This document shows, one piece after another, positions 38,627-48,002 of a stretch of DNA of 59,020 bases. The position numbers were made by a program, and so were the translations under genes. The stretch's first letter is position 1. Each line of letters opens with the position of its first letter. The stretch is from an uncultured Clostridium sp. Its GTDB lineage: Bacteria > Bacillota > Clostridia > TANB77 > CAG-508. Under the pieces are notes generated by a model. That model was not told where the DNA came from and searched no databases. It saw only the letters and a program-made list of their open reading frames with translations. Location: the NCBI GenBank assembly GCA_900552655.1, contig USAE01000002.1, positions 1-59,020 on the forward strand, read 5' to 3'.

Positions 38627-39010
38627 ATGGACGAAGAAAAAATGGTAGAACAAGAAATTAATGTAGCTAATGAAGTTGTAGCTACTATTGCTGGTATGGC
38701 AGTTTCTAAAGTTGACGGTGTCGCAAAAATGGCAGGAGGTTTTACAGAAGGTCTTAAAGCCATAGGCGGTAAAAAGCAAATGTCAAGAGGAATTAAAGTA
38801 GAAACAGATGGAGAAAATGTAAAAATAGAAATAAATATTATTGTAAGATACGGAGTAAACATAAGGGAAGTAGGAAAAAATATTCAAGAAAAAGTTAAAG
38901 AAGAAGTAGAAAACATGACAGGAAATAAAGTTGATAGAGTTGTTGTTAATGTTCAAGGCGTAAAAGTTGATGACGATACAGAGGAAAAGATAGATAATAT
39001 GGAGGAATAA
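38627..39010 (+). CDS. Asp23/Gls24-family envelope stress protein
   Basis: NEVVATIAGMAVSKVDGVAKM, IKVETDGENVKIEINIIVRYGVNIREVGKNIQEKVKEEVENMTG. Confidence 0.85.
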   Translation: MDEEKMVEQEINVANEVVATIAGMAVSKVDGVAKMAGGFTEGLKAIGGKKQMSRGIKVETDGENVKIEINIIVRYGVNIREVGKNIQEKVKEEVENMTGNKVDRVVVNVQGVKVDDDTEEKIDNMEE

Positions 39011-39014
39011 TGTT

Positions 39015-39557
39015 ATGGACCAAATAAAAGATTTATTAAAAAAATCTGGTACGTCTAATATATTGGTATCAATAATTTTTGGACTATTTGGAGTAATATT
39101 ATGCATTTTGAATGAAGGTGCAGTAAAAGTAATTTCTTGCTTAATAGGCTTACTATTTATAATAATAGGAGTTGCAAGATTAGTAAACTATGTAAAAGGC
39201 AGAGGAATTGGAGAACATTTTAATTTTGACTTATTGTGTGGATTAGTTGCATTAGTTCTTGGAGCGGTTGCTATAATTTATACAGATGCAATAGGGATAA
39301 TATTAAGACTAATAGTAGGAACTTGGATTGTATATAGTGGGATAACGAGAATTTACTTATCTTTAAAATTAAAATTTTTTAATTCATCAATATGGATAAT
39401 TAGTTTAGTATTATCAATTTTAATGGTCATATTTGGTGTATATATTATGCTAAATAGCGGAGTAATTGTAACATTAATTGGTTCATTAATGATTGCATAT
39501 GCAATAATAGATATAATAGAGAGTATAATTTTTATAAAGAAAATAAAACAGTTTTAA
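39015..39557 (+). CDS. DUF308/HdeD-like membrane protein
   Basis: Six hydrophobic helices with repeated G-rich helix pairs (IIFGLFGVILCIL..LIGLLFIIIGVARL). Common partner of Asp23 genes. Confidence 0.55.
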   Translation: MDQIKDLLKKSGTSNILVSIIFGLFGVILCILNEGAVKVISCLIGLLFIIIGVARLVNYVKGRGIGEHFNFDLLCGLVALVLGAVAIIYTDAIGIILRLIVGTWIVYSGITRIYLSLKLKFFNSSIWIISLVLSILMVIFGVYIMLNSGVIVTLIGSLMIAYAIIDIIESIIFIKKIKQF

Positions 39558-39562
39558 AAAAA

Positions 39563-39615
39563 GATACAAGATTATATAGTATGAATAATTCTTATACTAT
39601 AGTCTTGTATTTTTT
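39563..39615 (+). terminator. Rho-independent terminator
   Basis: ATACAAGATTATATAGTAT, a loop, ATACTATAGTCTTGTAT, then TTTTT. Confidence 0.8.
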
Positions 39616-39693
39616 CTTGAATAAAGAAAACCTTAGAATAAGAACAATTACACGTCATAAATTTTATTTACAAATAAAACACAATTAGGAAAT

Positions 39694-39731
39694 ACTATGG
39701 ATATAATTAACATGTAAAATATATCCATAGT
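39694..39731 (+). promoter_or_regulatory. Perfect 12-bp inverted repeat just upstream of the RBS of the alarmone synthetase gene
   Basis: ACTATGGATATA (39694-39705), 14 nt, TATATCCATAGT (39720-39731). No T-run follows; the RBS AAAGGGG starts 6 nt later. Confidence 0.4.
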
Positions 39732-39838
39732 AACCAGAAAGGGGTGACGCTAAATTAGAAAATAATATTATTAAATCTCAAAAAGAGATATTTAAAAACG
39801 AAAAAATAACAGTAAAAAGCGACATTTTTAATAAATTA

Positions 39839-40396
39839 ATGTCAGTATACTCACTAAGCATAGAACAAATTAGAAAAATTGTTGAAGAGTGGGAGGTGAA
39901 GTACAAGGAAGTAAATTTAATAGATCATGTTAAATATAGAATAAAAAGTCCTAAAAGTATAATAGCTAAAATGAAAAAGAAAAACTACGACTTAAATTAT
40001 GCAGAATTAATAGATAAAATAAATGATGTAGCAGGAATTAGAATTATTTGTCCATTTAAGGAAAATGTGTATATAGTAAGACAGTTAATAATGGAAAATC
40101 CAAATATACATATATTAGATGAAAAAGACTATATTCAAAATCCTAAAAAAAGTGGTTATTCAAGTTTACACTTAATTATAGAAATCCCTGTAGAAACTGA
40201 ACTTGGAAAAGTATATGTAAAAGCAGAGATACAAATAAGAACAATGGCTATGGACTTTTGGGCAAGTTTAGAACATGAGCTTAAATATAAAAATAGCAAT
40301 ATTACCAAAGCAGCTTCTAAAAAATTATTAAAAGCAGCTAAAGTAATGAAAAAGCTAGATGCTGAAATGTCAGTAATAGCAAATGAAATACGTTAA
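39839..40396 (+). CDS. Small alarmone synthetase (RelP/RelQ-type GTP pyrophosphokinase)
   Basis: YRIKSPKSIIAKM, DVAGIRIICPF, SGYSSLHLII and EIQIRTMAMDFWASLEHELKYK. The start is uncertain (the frame is open from 39734 but has no better initiator). Confidence 0.85.
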   Translation: MSVYSLSIEQIRKIVEEWEVKYKEVNLIDHVKYRIKSPKSIIAKMKKKNYDLNYAELIDKINDVAGIRIICPFKENVYIVRQLIMENPNIHILDEKDYIQNPKKSGYSSLHLIIEIPVETELGKVYVKAEIQIRTMAMDFWASLEHELKYKNSNITKAASKKLLKAAKVMKKLDAEMSVIANEIR

Positions 40397-40416
40397 ATTC
40401 CCCTTTTAATAAATAT

Positions 40417-40457
40417 AAAGCTATCTTAAAAGTATTATTTTTAAGGTAGCTTTTAAA
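40417..40457 (+). terminator. Rho-independent terminator
   Basis: AAAGCTATCTTAAAA, a loop, TTTTAAGGTAGCTTT, then T. Confidence 0.6.
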
Positions 40458-40555
40458 ATTGAACAAATTATTTGTATTTTTATAAATAATATAGTAATAT
40501 ATTGTAGTGTATGATAAAATAATAAAACAAATGCGAAAGAAAAGGAGTGTAATAT

Positions 40556-42895
40556 TTGGAAAAGGAAAGTTTAAAAGGTTTAACAAACAAACAAGTAGAA
40601 GAAAGAATAAAAGATGGAAAAGTAAACAAAGTTGAAGATAATAAAACAAGAACTAATTGGGAAATTATTAGAGATAATGTATGTACATTGTTTAACTTAT
40701 TCAATCTTTTAATAGCAATTGCTTTAATAGCAGTTAAAGCATATACTAATTTAGCGTATATGCTAATTATAGTAGTAAATATTATAATTGGAGTAGTACA
40801 AGAAATACATGCAAGGAACTTAGTACAAAAATTATCTGTATTAAAAGTTTCTAAAGCAAACGTGATTAGAGATGGAAAAGAAAAAGAAATAAATATAGAC
40901 GAAATAGTTATAGATGACTTAATAGTATTAGATTCAGGAAAACAAATTTGCGCAGATTCTGTAGTAATGAGTGGCGAAGTAGAAGTTAATGAGTCATTAC
41001 TTACAGGAGAATCAGATACAATATTAAAACAAAAAGGTGATAAATTATTATCTGGAAGTTATGTAGTTAGTGGAAAATGCTATTCTAAAGTAGAAAAAGT
41101 AGGAAAAGATAACTTTGCAGAACAAATTACAAGTGAAACTAAAAAATATAAGAGAGCAGAATCAGAACTTGTAAATTCTATGAAAAAGGTTACAAACTTT
41201 ACTAGTTTTGTAATAATACCAGTAGGTTTAATTCTTTTTGTTCAAGCATATTTCTTTAGAAATGTAGATATAACAAATTCTGTTGTTTCTACTGCAGCAG
41301 CATTATTAGGAATGCTACCTAAAGGACTAATGTTACTTATAACAATATCTTTAGCAACAGGAGTAATAAAACTTGCTAAAAAACGTGTATTAGTACAAGA
41401 TTTATACAGTGTAGAAACATTGGCACATATAGATACTTTATGTTTAGACAAAACAGGTACAATTACAGAAGGAAGAATGAAAGTAGACAATGTAAAAATA
41501 TATAATGAAAAATGTATGCCACACACTATGCAAAAAATGATGGTAGCATTTGTAAATGAGATGTCAGATAATAATGCAACATTTATGGCCCTTAAAGACT
41601 ATTATAAAGGTGAAGATAAATTTGAAATAGAAGATAATATGGCATTTTCTTCTGAAAGAAAATGGAGCTCAATAAGCTTTAAAGGAATTGGCTCTATAGT
41701 ATTAGGAGCACCAGAACGTTTAATAGAAAAAAGTAAAATGGAAATGCCAGAAGAAGTTGTAACAGCACAAAAAGCGGGAAAAAGAATGCTATTTGTAGGG
41801 TATTCAAAAGAAACTGTAAGTGATGAAAACTTACCAAATTTAGAAATTGTTGCCTCTATAACATTGGACGATCCATTAAGAAAAAATGCAAAAGAAATGT
41901 TAGGTTTCTTTAAAACACAGTCTGTAGATATAAAAATAATTTCTGGAGATAATCCATTAACAGTTTCAAGTATAGCTAAAAAAGCAGGACTAGAATCGTA
42001 TGATTCTTATATAGATTTGTCAACAATAAATTCAGATGATCAAATTCCAGAATTAGTAGATAAATATAGTGTATTTGCAAGGGTTATGCCACACCAAAAA
42101 AGTTTAATAGTAAAAGCTCTTCAAGAAAAAGGACATTCTGTAGCAATGACTGGTGATGGGGTAAATGATGTTGTTGCACTTAAACAAGCAGATTGTAGTA
42201 TAACGTTACCAGAAGCTTCAGACATTGCAAGACAAGTTTCACAAATAGTATTATTAAATTCAGATTTTAGTGTATTAAAAGATGTATTAATGGAAGGAAG
42301 GAGAGTTGTTAATAATATAACAAACGTAGCTAGAATATTCTTTATTAAAACAATATATTCAATGCTATTAGCATTATTCAACATAGTAACAAATACAGCA
42401 TTCCCATTTATACCAATACAAATAACACTAATAGATTTAGCAATAGAAGGTTATACATCATTCTTCTTATCTTTCTTAGAAAATTCGAAACCATTAAAGG
42501 GAACTTTCTTACGAACTGTAATAAGGAATGCATTGCCATATGCTTTAACAATAATTATTAGTATCATACTTATAACATTTACAAGATCTGGTATGGGATT
42601 AAATATAGAAGAATCACATACTCTTATGTATTTAATTATAGGTGGTGTAAGCATTTTTGCAGTAATAGAAGCATGTAGACCATTTAATAGGATAAGTACA
42701 TTTTTATGTACAACAACAGCAGTAGGATTTTTCTTTGCAGCAATTTTATTTAAGAAATTATTACATTTAACAGCTATAAATGAGCAAGTAATACTTATAT
42801 TAGGAGCTAGTTTAATTTTGGCATATATTGTAGTTACAGGTCTTAAATATTTAATTAATAATTTAAGTAATGATTTAGAAAAAGCAAGAGAATAA
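40556..42895 (+). CDS. Cation-translocating P-type ATPase (type II-like)
   Basis: TTG start after RBS AAAGGAG. LTGESD, CLDKTGTITEG, MTGDGVNDVVALKQAD, and an N-terminal GLTNKQVEERIKDGKVN cation-ATPase-N segment. Confidence 0.85.
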   Translation: MEKESLKGLTNKQVEERIKDGKVNKVEDNKTRTNWEIIRDNVCTLFNLFNLLIAIALIAVKAYTNLAYMLIIVVNIIIGVVQEIHARNLVQKLSVLKVSKANVIRDGKEKEINIDEIVIDDLIVLDSGKQICADSVVMSGEVEVNESLLTGESDTILKQKGDKLLSGSYVVSGKCYSKVEKVGKDNFAEQITSETKKYKRAESELVNSMKKVTNFTSFVIIPVGLILFVQAYFFRNVDITNSVVSTAAALLGMLPKGLMLLITISLATGVIKLAKKRVLVQDLYSVETLAHIDTLCLDKTGTITEGRMKVDNVKIYNEKCMPHTMQKMMVAFVNEMSDNNATFMALKDYYKGEDKFEIEDNMAFSSERKWSSISFKGIGSIVLGAPERLIEKSKMEMPEEVVTAQKAGKRMLFVGYSKETVSDENLPNLEIVASITLDDPLRKNAKEMLGFFKTQSVDIKIISGDNPLTVSSIAKKAGLESYDSYIDLSTINSDDQIPELVDKYSVFARVMPHQKSLIVKALQEKGHSVAMTGDGVNDVVALKQADCSITLPEASDIARQVSQIVLLNSDFSVLKDVLMEGRRVVNNITNVARIFFIKTIYSMLLALFNIVTNTAFPFIPIQITLIDLAIEGYTSFFLSFLENSKPLKGTFLRTVIRNALPYALTIIISIILITFTRSGMGLNIEESHTLMYLIIGGVSIFAVIEACRPFNRISTFLCTTTAVGFFFAAILFKKLLHLTAINEQVILILGASLILAYIVVTGLKYLINNLSNDLEKARE

Positions 42896-42906
42896 TAGGT
42901 GATGTA

Positions 42907-43707
42907 ATGCAAAATATATTTTTAAATATATTTTTAATAATAGGGATTTTATTAATATATAGTGGAGTATCTGGAATATTAACAGATATATATAGAAAAA
43001 GAAAAATATTAAATAGAAAGTATTTAATACTAATGCTTGGGATTATGGTGGTTTTTTCTGCCATAATTCCAAATTTAATTAATAACAAAATAACGATATT
43101 TATTAAATATGTATCAATATATTTTTCTATAACTTTTATCATATTTTGTATATTAAGCATAATAGTTAATTTAAATATTCGAAAAAGAACATATAATGTA
43201 ATAATTGTTTTAGGTGGATACTTATTAAATGGTAACCAATTAACAAGAGCTCTAACAAAACGACTAAATTTGGCCATAGAATTGTACAATAGTCAAAAAG
43301 AGAGACCAAAGATTATTGTATCTGGTGGAAAAATAAGAGAAGAAACAATAACAGAAGCAGAAGCGATGGAAAAATATTTAATTAGTAAAAATATTCCAAT
43401 ACAAGATATTATAAAAGAAGATAAGTCTAAAAATACTTTGGAAAATTTTAAGTTTTCTAAACAAAAACTAGAAGAACTCAATATAAGTGAAAATATAGCA
43501 TTTGTAAGCAATAATTTTCATATACTAAGGTCAAAGATTTATGCTTCAAAAAATAAAGTAAAGGCTAAAGGAATAGGTGCTAAAACTTTATGGTATTATT
43601 TTCCAGAAGCTTTTGTAAATGAATATTTAGCAATTTTATTATTAAGTAAAAATATATTAATCGTATATTTTTTTATAGCAATTTTTTTAACAATAATAGC
43701 AAAATAA
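42907..43707 (+). CDS. DUF218 (YdcF/ElyC/SanA-like) protein with N-terminal TM helices
   Basis: IIVLGGYLLNGNQLTRALTKRLNLAIELY, KIIVSGG, TEAEAMEKYL and SKNTLENF. Confidence 0.7.
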   Translation: MQNIFLNIFLIIGILLIYSGVSGILTDIYRKRKILNRKYLILMLGIMVVFSAIIPNLINNKITIFIKYVSIYFSITFIIFCILSIIVNLNIRKRTYNVIIVLGGYLLNGNQLTRALTKRLNLAIELYNSQKERPKIIVSGGKIREETITEAEAMEKYLISKNIPIQDIIKEDKSKNTLENFKFSKQKLEELNISENIAFVSNNFHILRSKIYASKNKVKAKGIGAKTLWYYFPEAFVNEYLAILLLSKNILIVYFFIAIFLTIIAK

Positions 43708-43740
43708 ATTTAAGTATATAATTACGAAAGGAACAAAAAA

Positions 43741-44337
43741 ATGAAAAAATATGGCTTTTTTGGAGGGAGTTTTAACCCACCAACTATAGCTCACGAAATA
43801 ATAGCAAAAGAAATAGCAAAAGAATTTAACCTAGATAAAGTATATTTTGTACCAGTTGGCGATTTTTATAATAAAAAAGATTTAATAGATGAAAGAAAAA
43901 GGTTTGAAATGCTTAATCTTATTACAGATAGTAATATAGATGTTTTAGATATAGAATTAAAAGCTAAAAAAAGCTTACAAACAATAGATGCGTTTAACTT
44001 AATAAACAATAAATTTAATTTATCTAAAAATTATTTTATTCTAGGAGGAGATAACTTAGAAAAGTTACCTAATTGGGAAAATGCAGAAAAATGCTTAAAT
44101 AGTAATATTATTGCTATTAAAAGAGGAAAGAAAATAGAAGATATAATCGAAAATAATAAATTATTAAAGTTAAATAAAGAAAGAATATTTATATATAATA
44201 CTAATAAATTATCAAATTATAGTTCTACAGAAGTGAGAAATGCAATAAAAAATAACAATAAAGAAATATTAAAAGAAATGCTTAACGAAAAAGTGTATTC
44301 ATATGTAGAAAAAAATATGCTATATAAAGGAGAATAA
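43741..44337 (+). CDS. nadD: Nicotinate-nucleotide adenylyltransferase
   Basis: FGGSFNPPTIAHE and SSTEVRN. Confidence 0.85.
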   Translation: MKKYGFFGGSFNPPTIAHEIIAKEIAKEFNLDKVYFVPVGDFYNKKDLIDERKRFEMLNLITDSNIDVLDIELKAKKSLQTIDAFNLINNKFNLSKNYFILGGDNLEKLPNWENAEKCLNSNIIAIKRGKKIEDIIENNKLLKLNKERIFIYNTNKLSNYSSTEVRNAIKNNNKEILKEMLNEKVYSYVEKNMLYKGE

Positions 44338-44339
44338 TA

Positions 44340-45458
44340 GTGAAAATATTATTAGTAATGGATCAATTCGAAAATGCAAATAATGGTACAACAATTTCTG
44401 CAATAAGATTTGCAGAAGGATTAAAAAAAAGAGGACATGAAGTAAGAATATTAAGTACAGGAACAGAAGGTGAAAATAAATATGTTGTAAAAACATTAAA
44501 GCTTCCAATAGGTGTTTCTAATATTATAAAATCACAAGGGATGTGCTTTGGAGTACCAAATGAAGAGATAATAAGAAAAGCAATGGAAGGTGTAGATATT
44601 GTACATTTTTATATGCCTTTTTGGCTTTCTAAAGCTAGTTTAAAAATTGCGGAAGAATTAAAAATTCCTCATACAGCTGCATTTCATGTACAACCGGAAA
44701 ATATAACATATACAATAAAATTAGGAAATAATAAATTAGTTAATAAAAAAATATATAGTAAATTTAGAGATAACTTCTTTAATAAATTTAGACATATACA
44801 TTGTCCTAGTAAGTTTATTGCAGATCAATTAGCACAAAATGATTATACTGCAAAATTGCATATTATTTCTAATGGAATACAAGATAAATTTCAGTTTACT
44901 CCAAAGGAAAAACATGATAAAATAGTAATAACTATGGTAGGTAGATTATCTGGAGAAAAAAGACAAGATTTATTATTTGAGGCGATAAAAAAATCTAAAT
45001 ATGAAAAGAATATTCAATTAGTATTGGCAGGGAAAGGACCAAAATATAAACAATATGTTCAATTTGGTAAAGAATTAACAAATGAGCCAATAATAACATT
45101 TTTAGATGAAGAAAAATTACTAAAATTGCTAGCAAATACAGATTTATATGTACATACCTCAGATGCAGAAATAGAAGCTATTTCTTGTTTAGAAGCAATT
45201 GCTTGTGGAAATGTACCTATTATAGCTAATAGTGAAAGATCCGCAACACCACAATTTGCATTAGATGAAAGAAGTTTATTCGAGGCAGGAAACAGTGATG
45301 ATTTAGCTAAAAAGATAGATATGTGGTTGGATAATACAGAAGAACTAAATAACATGAGAAAAGTATACAGTGAAAGTGCAGAAAAATATAGAATAGAGAA
45401 GAGTATGGAGAAAATAGAGGAGATGTTTAATGATGAAATTAAAGAATACAATATTTAA
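44340..45458 (+). CDS. GT4-family glycosyltransferase (glycolipid-synthase-like)
   Basis: GTG start. MKILLVMDQFENANNGTTISAIRFAEGLKKRGHEV, GRLSGEKRQD, E..SCLEAIACGNVPI. Confidence 0.75.
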   Translation: MKILLVMDQFENANNGTTISAIRFAEGLKKRGHEVRILSTGTEGENKYVVKTLKLPIGVSNIIKSQGMCFGVPNEEIIRKAMEGVDIVHFYMPFWLSKASLKIAEELKIPHTAAFHVQPENITYTIKLGNNKLVNKKIYSKFRDNFFNKFRHIHCPSKFIADQLAQNDYTAKLHIISNGIQDKFQFTPKEKHDKIVITMVGRLSGEKRQDLLFEAIKKSKYEKNIQLVLAGKGPKYKQYVQFGKELTNEPIITFLDEEKLLKLLANTDLYVHTSDAEIEAISCLEAIACGNVPIIANSERSATPQFALDERSLFEAGNSDDLAKKIDMWLDNTEELNNMRKVYSESAEKYRIEKSMEKIEEMFNDEIKEYNI

Positions 45459-46152
45459 TTTTTTCGCAAACATATTTTATTATCTTATAGCAGTACCAAT
45501 AGTGTTTTTAATAGACAAAATATTTCTTGACTATAAAGTTATAGGTCGAGAAAATATAAAAAAAGTTCCGGGAGGAAAGATAACAATATCTAATCATATG
45601 CACTATCTAGATTGTACAATGAATGGACTTGCAAATTTCCCGGATTATTCATATTTTGTTACACTAGAGTCAAATTTCAAAATACCTGTAGTAGGTCCGT
45701 TAATAAAAATGTTAAGAGCAATTCCAATACCAACAAAGATAGAAGAGAAAAAGCAATTTTATAAAAACATTTCTAAACTTTTAGAAGAAGGAGAAACAAT
45801 ACATATATATCCAGAAGGAGAATTACGTGTATATGAAAAAGAATTAAACAAATTCCATAAAGGTGCATTTGCAATGGCAGTAGAAAACAATGTACCAATA
45901 ATACCAACAGTAATAACAACACATAAACCAGAAGGAATTTACAAATACATAAAGACAAAACCAGTAATGACACACGTAATACTAGAACCAATATATCCAG
46001 ACTTAACAATAGAAAATAAACTAGAAAGAATAGAAAAATTAAAACAAGAATCATACTATAGAATGAAAGAAGTTCTAGAAAGAACAGAACTTTGCTACGA
46101 AATCGGGATCGAGGGACGGTCCTTAAAATCCCTATTAAAAAATGGATTTTAA
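45430..46152 (+). CDS. PlsC-family lysophospholipid acyltransferase; last ~17 codons are encoded by palindromic element copy C
   Basis: ISNHMHYLD (HX4D), IHIYPEGE and FHKGAF. The tail reads ...CYEIGIEGRSLKSLLKNGF*. Confidence 0.75.
   Translation: MMKLKNTIFNFFANIFYYLIAVPIVFLIDKIFLDYKVIGRENIKKVPGGKITISNHMHYLDCTMNGLANFPDYSYFVTLESNFKIPVVGPLIKMLRAIPIPTKIEEKKQFYKNISKLLEEGETIHIYPEGELRVYEKELNKFHKGAFAMAVENNVPIIPTVITTHKPEGIYKYIKTKPVMTHVILEPIYPDLTIENKLERIEKLKQESYYRMKEVLERTELCYEIGIEGRSLKSLLKNGF
46103..46134 (+). repeat. 32-nt palindromic element, copy C
   Basis: TCGGGATCGAGGGACGGTCCTTAAAATCCCTA. Confidence 0.8.
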
Positions 46153-46188
46153 AGTAAGCTAATATAAAGAATTTTCTTACTATATAAG

Positions 46189-46218
46189 AAGCAATGTAAA
46201 AAACACATTGCTTTTTTT
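46189..46218 (+). terminator. Rho-independent terminator
   Basis: AAGCAATGT, a loop, ACATTGCTT, then TTTTT. Confidence 0.75.
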
Positions 46219-46282
46219 GTTGCAATATATAAGCTTTTATTATATAATAAGCACGGAAAATAGGATAGGATAAGGTGATTTT

Positions 46283-47989
46283 ATGATAGATTTTAAAGAG
46301 AAAATAGCAGAAGAAATAAGCAAAAAAATAGACATTACAAAAGAAGAATTAAAAGAATATTTAGAAATACCAAAAGATAGTAAAATGGGAGATTATGCAC
46401 TTCCTTGTTTTAAACTTGCAAAACAAATGAGAAAATCACCAGTAGATATTGCAAATGGAATAAAAGAAGAAATAGAAGTTCCAAACACTTATATTTCTAA
46501 AATTGATGCAATAAATGGTTTTTTAAATATATTTATAAATAACGAAATGCTAGTAAAAGATTTATTAAACGAAATGGAAAATAAAAAAGAAGCATATGGG
46601 TCTTCTAACATTGGTAATGGAAAGAATATAATAGTAGAATATTCTTCTCCAAATATTGCAAAACCATTTCACGTTGGACATTTAAGAACAACAGTAATAG
46701 GTAGAGCTCTATATAATATGTATAAATTTCTTGGGTATAATACTATTGGAATTAACCATTTAGGAGATTGGGGAACACAATTTGGTAAATTAATAGAAGG
46801 TTATAAAAGATTTGGGAACGAATATAATTTAGAAGAAAATCCAATAGATAAACTTACAGAAATTTATGTAAGAATTAACGAATTATGTAAGGAAGATGAA
46901 TCTGCACTAGAAGATTGCAGAAATAATTTTAAGAAACTAGAAGACGGAGATGAGTATTGTACAAACATTTGGAAGAAATTTAAAGAACTAAGTTTAAAAG
47001 AATTCCAAAGAATATATGATATTTTAGATGTTCACTTTGATTCAAATAATGGTGAATCATTCTATACAGACAAAATGCCAGAAATTGTAGAAATTTTAAG
47101 AAAGAATAATAAATTAGTAAAATCACAAGGCGCAGAAATAGTAGACTTAGAATATGCAGATATACCACCATTAATGGTAGCAAAGTCTAATGGGTCAACA
47201 ACATATGCTACAAGGGACTTAGCAGCAGTAGTATATAGAGCAAGAACATATGATTTTGATAAATGTATATATGTAGTTGGATCTGAGCAAATATTGCATT
47301 TTAAACAAGTATTCGAAGTTGCAAAATATTTGGATTTAGACCCAAAATATACAAATGGATTAATACATGTACCTTATGGAATGGTAAGATTAAAAACAGG
47401 AAGAATGTCTACAAGAGAAGGTACTTTAATAAAATTAGAGGACATTTTAAATGAAGCGATAACAAGAGCGAAAGCAATAATAGAACAAAAAAATCCAAAC
47501 TTAGAAGGAAAAGAAGAAATAGCAAAAAAAGTTGGAATAGGTGCAGTAATATTTAATGACTTATCTAACAATATTATAAAAGATGAAGTTTTCGATTGGG
47601 ATATTATGCTGAATTTCCAAGGAGAAACAGGACCATATATACAATATATGTATGTAAGAACAAAGAGTATCTTAGAAAAAGAAAATTATATTATGAATAA
47701 GGACTTAGTAGATATTTCAGAAATAGAGGAAAATGGAATGGAAGTTGTAAAACAACTTTATAAGTTTGAAGAAACTATAAAACAAGCAATAGACAAAAAT
47801 GAACCATCAATAATATCACGTTACTTAATAGAAATTTCTAAATTATATAGTAGTTTTTATAATGATAACAAAATATTAGTAGAAGATGAAAAGATAAAAA
47901 ATACAAGACTTTGCTTAACATATATGGTGGGTAATGTATTAAAAATAGGTGCAAACTTATTAGGAATGGAAATGCCAGACAGAATGTAA
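46283..47989 (+). CDS. argS: Arginine--tRNA ligase
   Basis: SSPNIAKPFHVGHLR (HIGH) and GRMSTREG (KMSK-like). Confidence 0.95.
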   Translation: MIDFKEKIAEEISKKIDITKEELKEYLEIPKDSKMGDYALPCFKLAKQMRKSPVDIANGIKEEIEVPNTYISKIDAINGFLNIFINNEMLVKDLLNEMENKKEAYGSSNIGNGKNIIVEYSSPNIAKPFHVGHLRTTVIGRALYNMYKFLGYNTIGINHLGDWGTQFGKLIEGYKRFGNEYNLEENPIDKLTEIYVRINELCKEDESALEDCRNNFKKLEDGDEYCTNIWKKFKELSLKEFQRIYDILDVHFDSNNGESFYTDKMPEIVEILRKNNKLVKSQGAEIVDLEYADIPPLMVAKSNGSTTYATRDLAAVVYRARTYDFDKCIYVVGSEQILHFKQVFEVAKYLDLDPKYTNGLIHVPYGMVRLKTGRMSTREGTLIKLEDILNEAITRAKAIIEQKNPNLEGKEEIAKKVGIGAVIFNDLSNNIIKDEVFDWDIMLNFQGETGPYIQYMYVRTKSILEKENYIMNKDLVDISEIEENGMEVVKQLYKFEETIKQAIDKNEPSIISRYLIEISKLYSSFYNDNKILVEDEKIKNTRLCLTYMVGNVLKIGANLLGMEMPDRM

Positions 47990-48002
47990 GGAGGAAAAGA
48001 AT

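Noticed and set aside
39839-40396. The small alarmone synthetase as a toxSAS toxin of a toxin-antitoxin pair.
   Set aside because: It is monocistronic between two terminators with no adjacent small antitoxin ORF. Its motifs and length match housekeeping RelP/RelQ enzymes.
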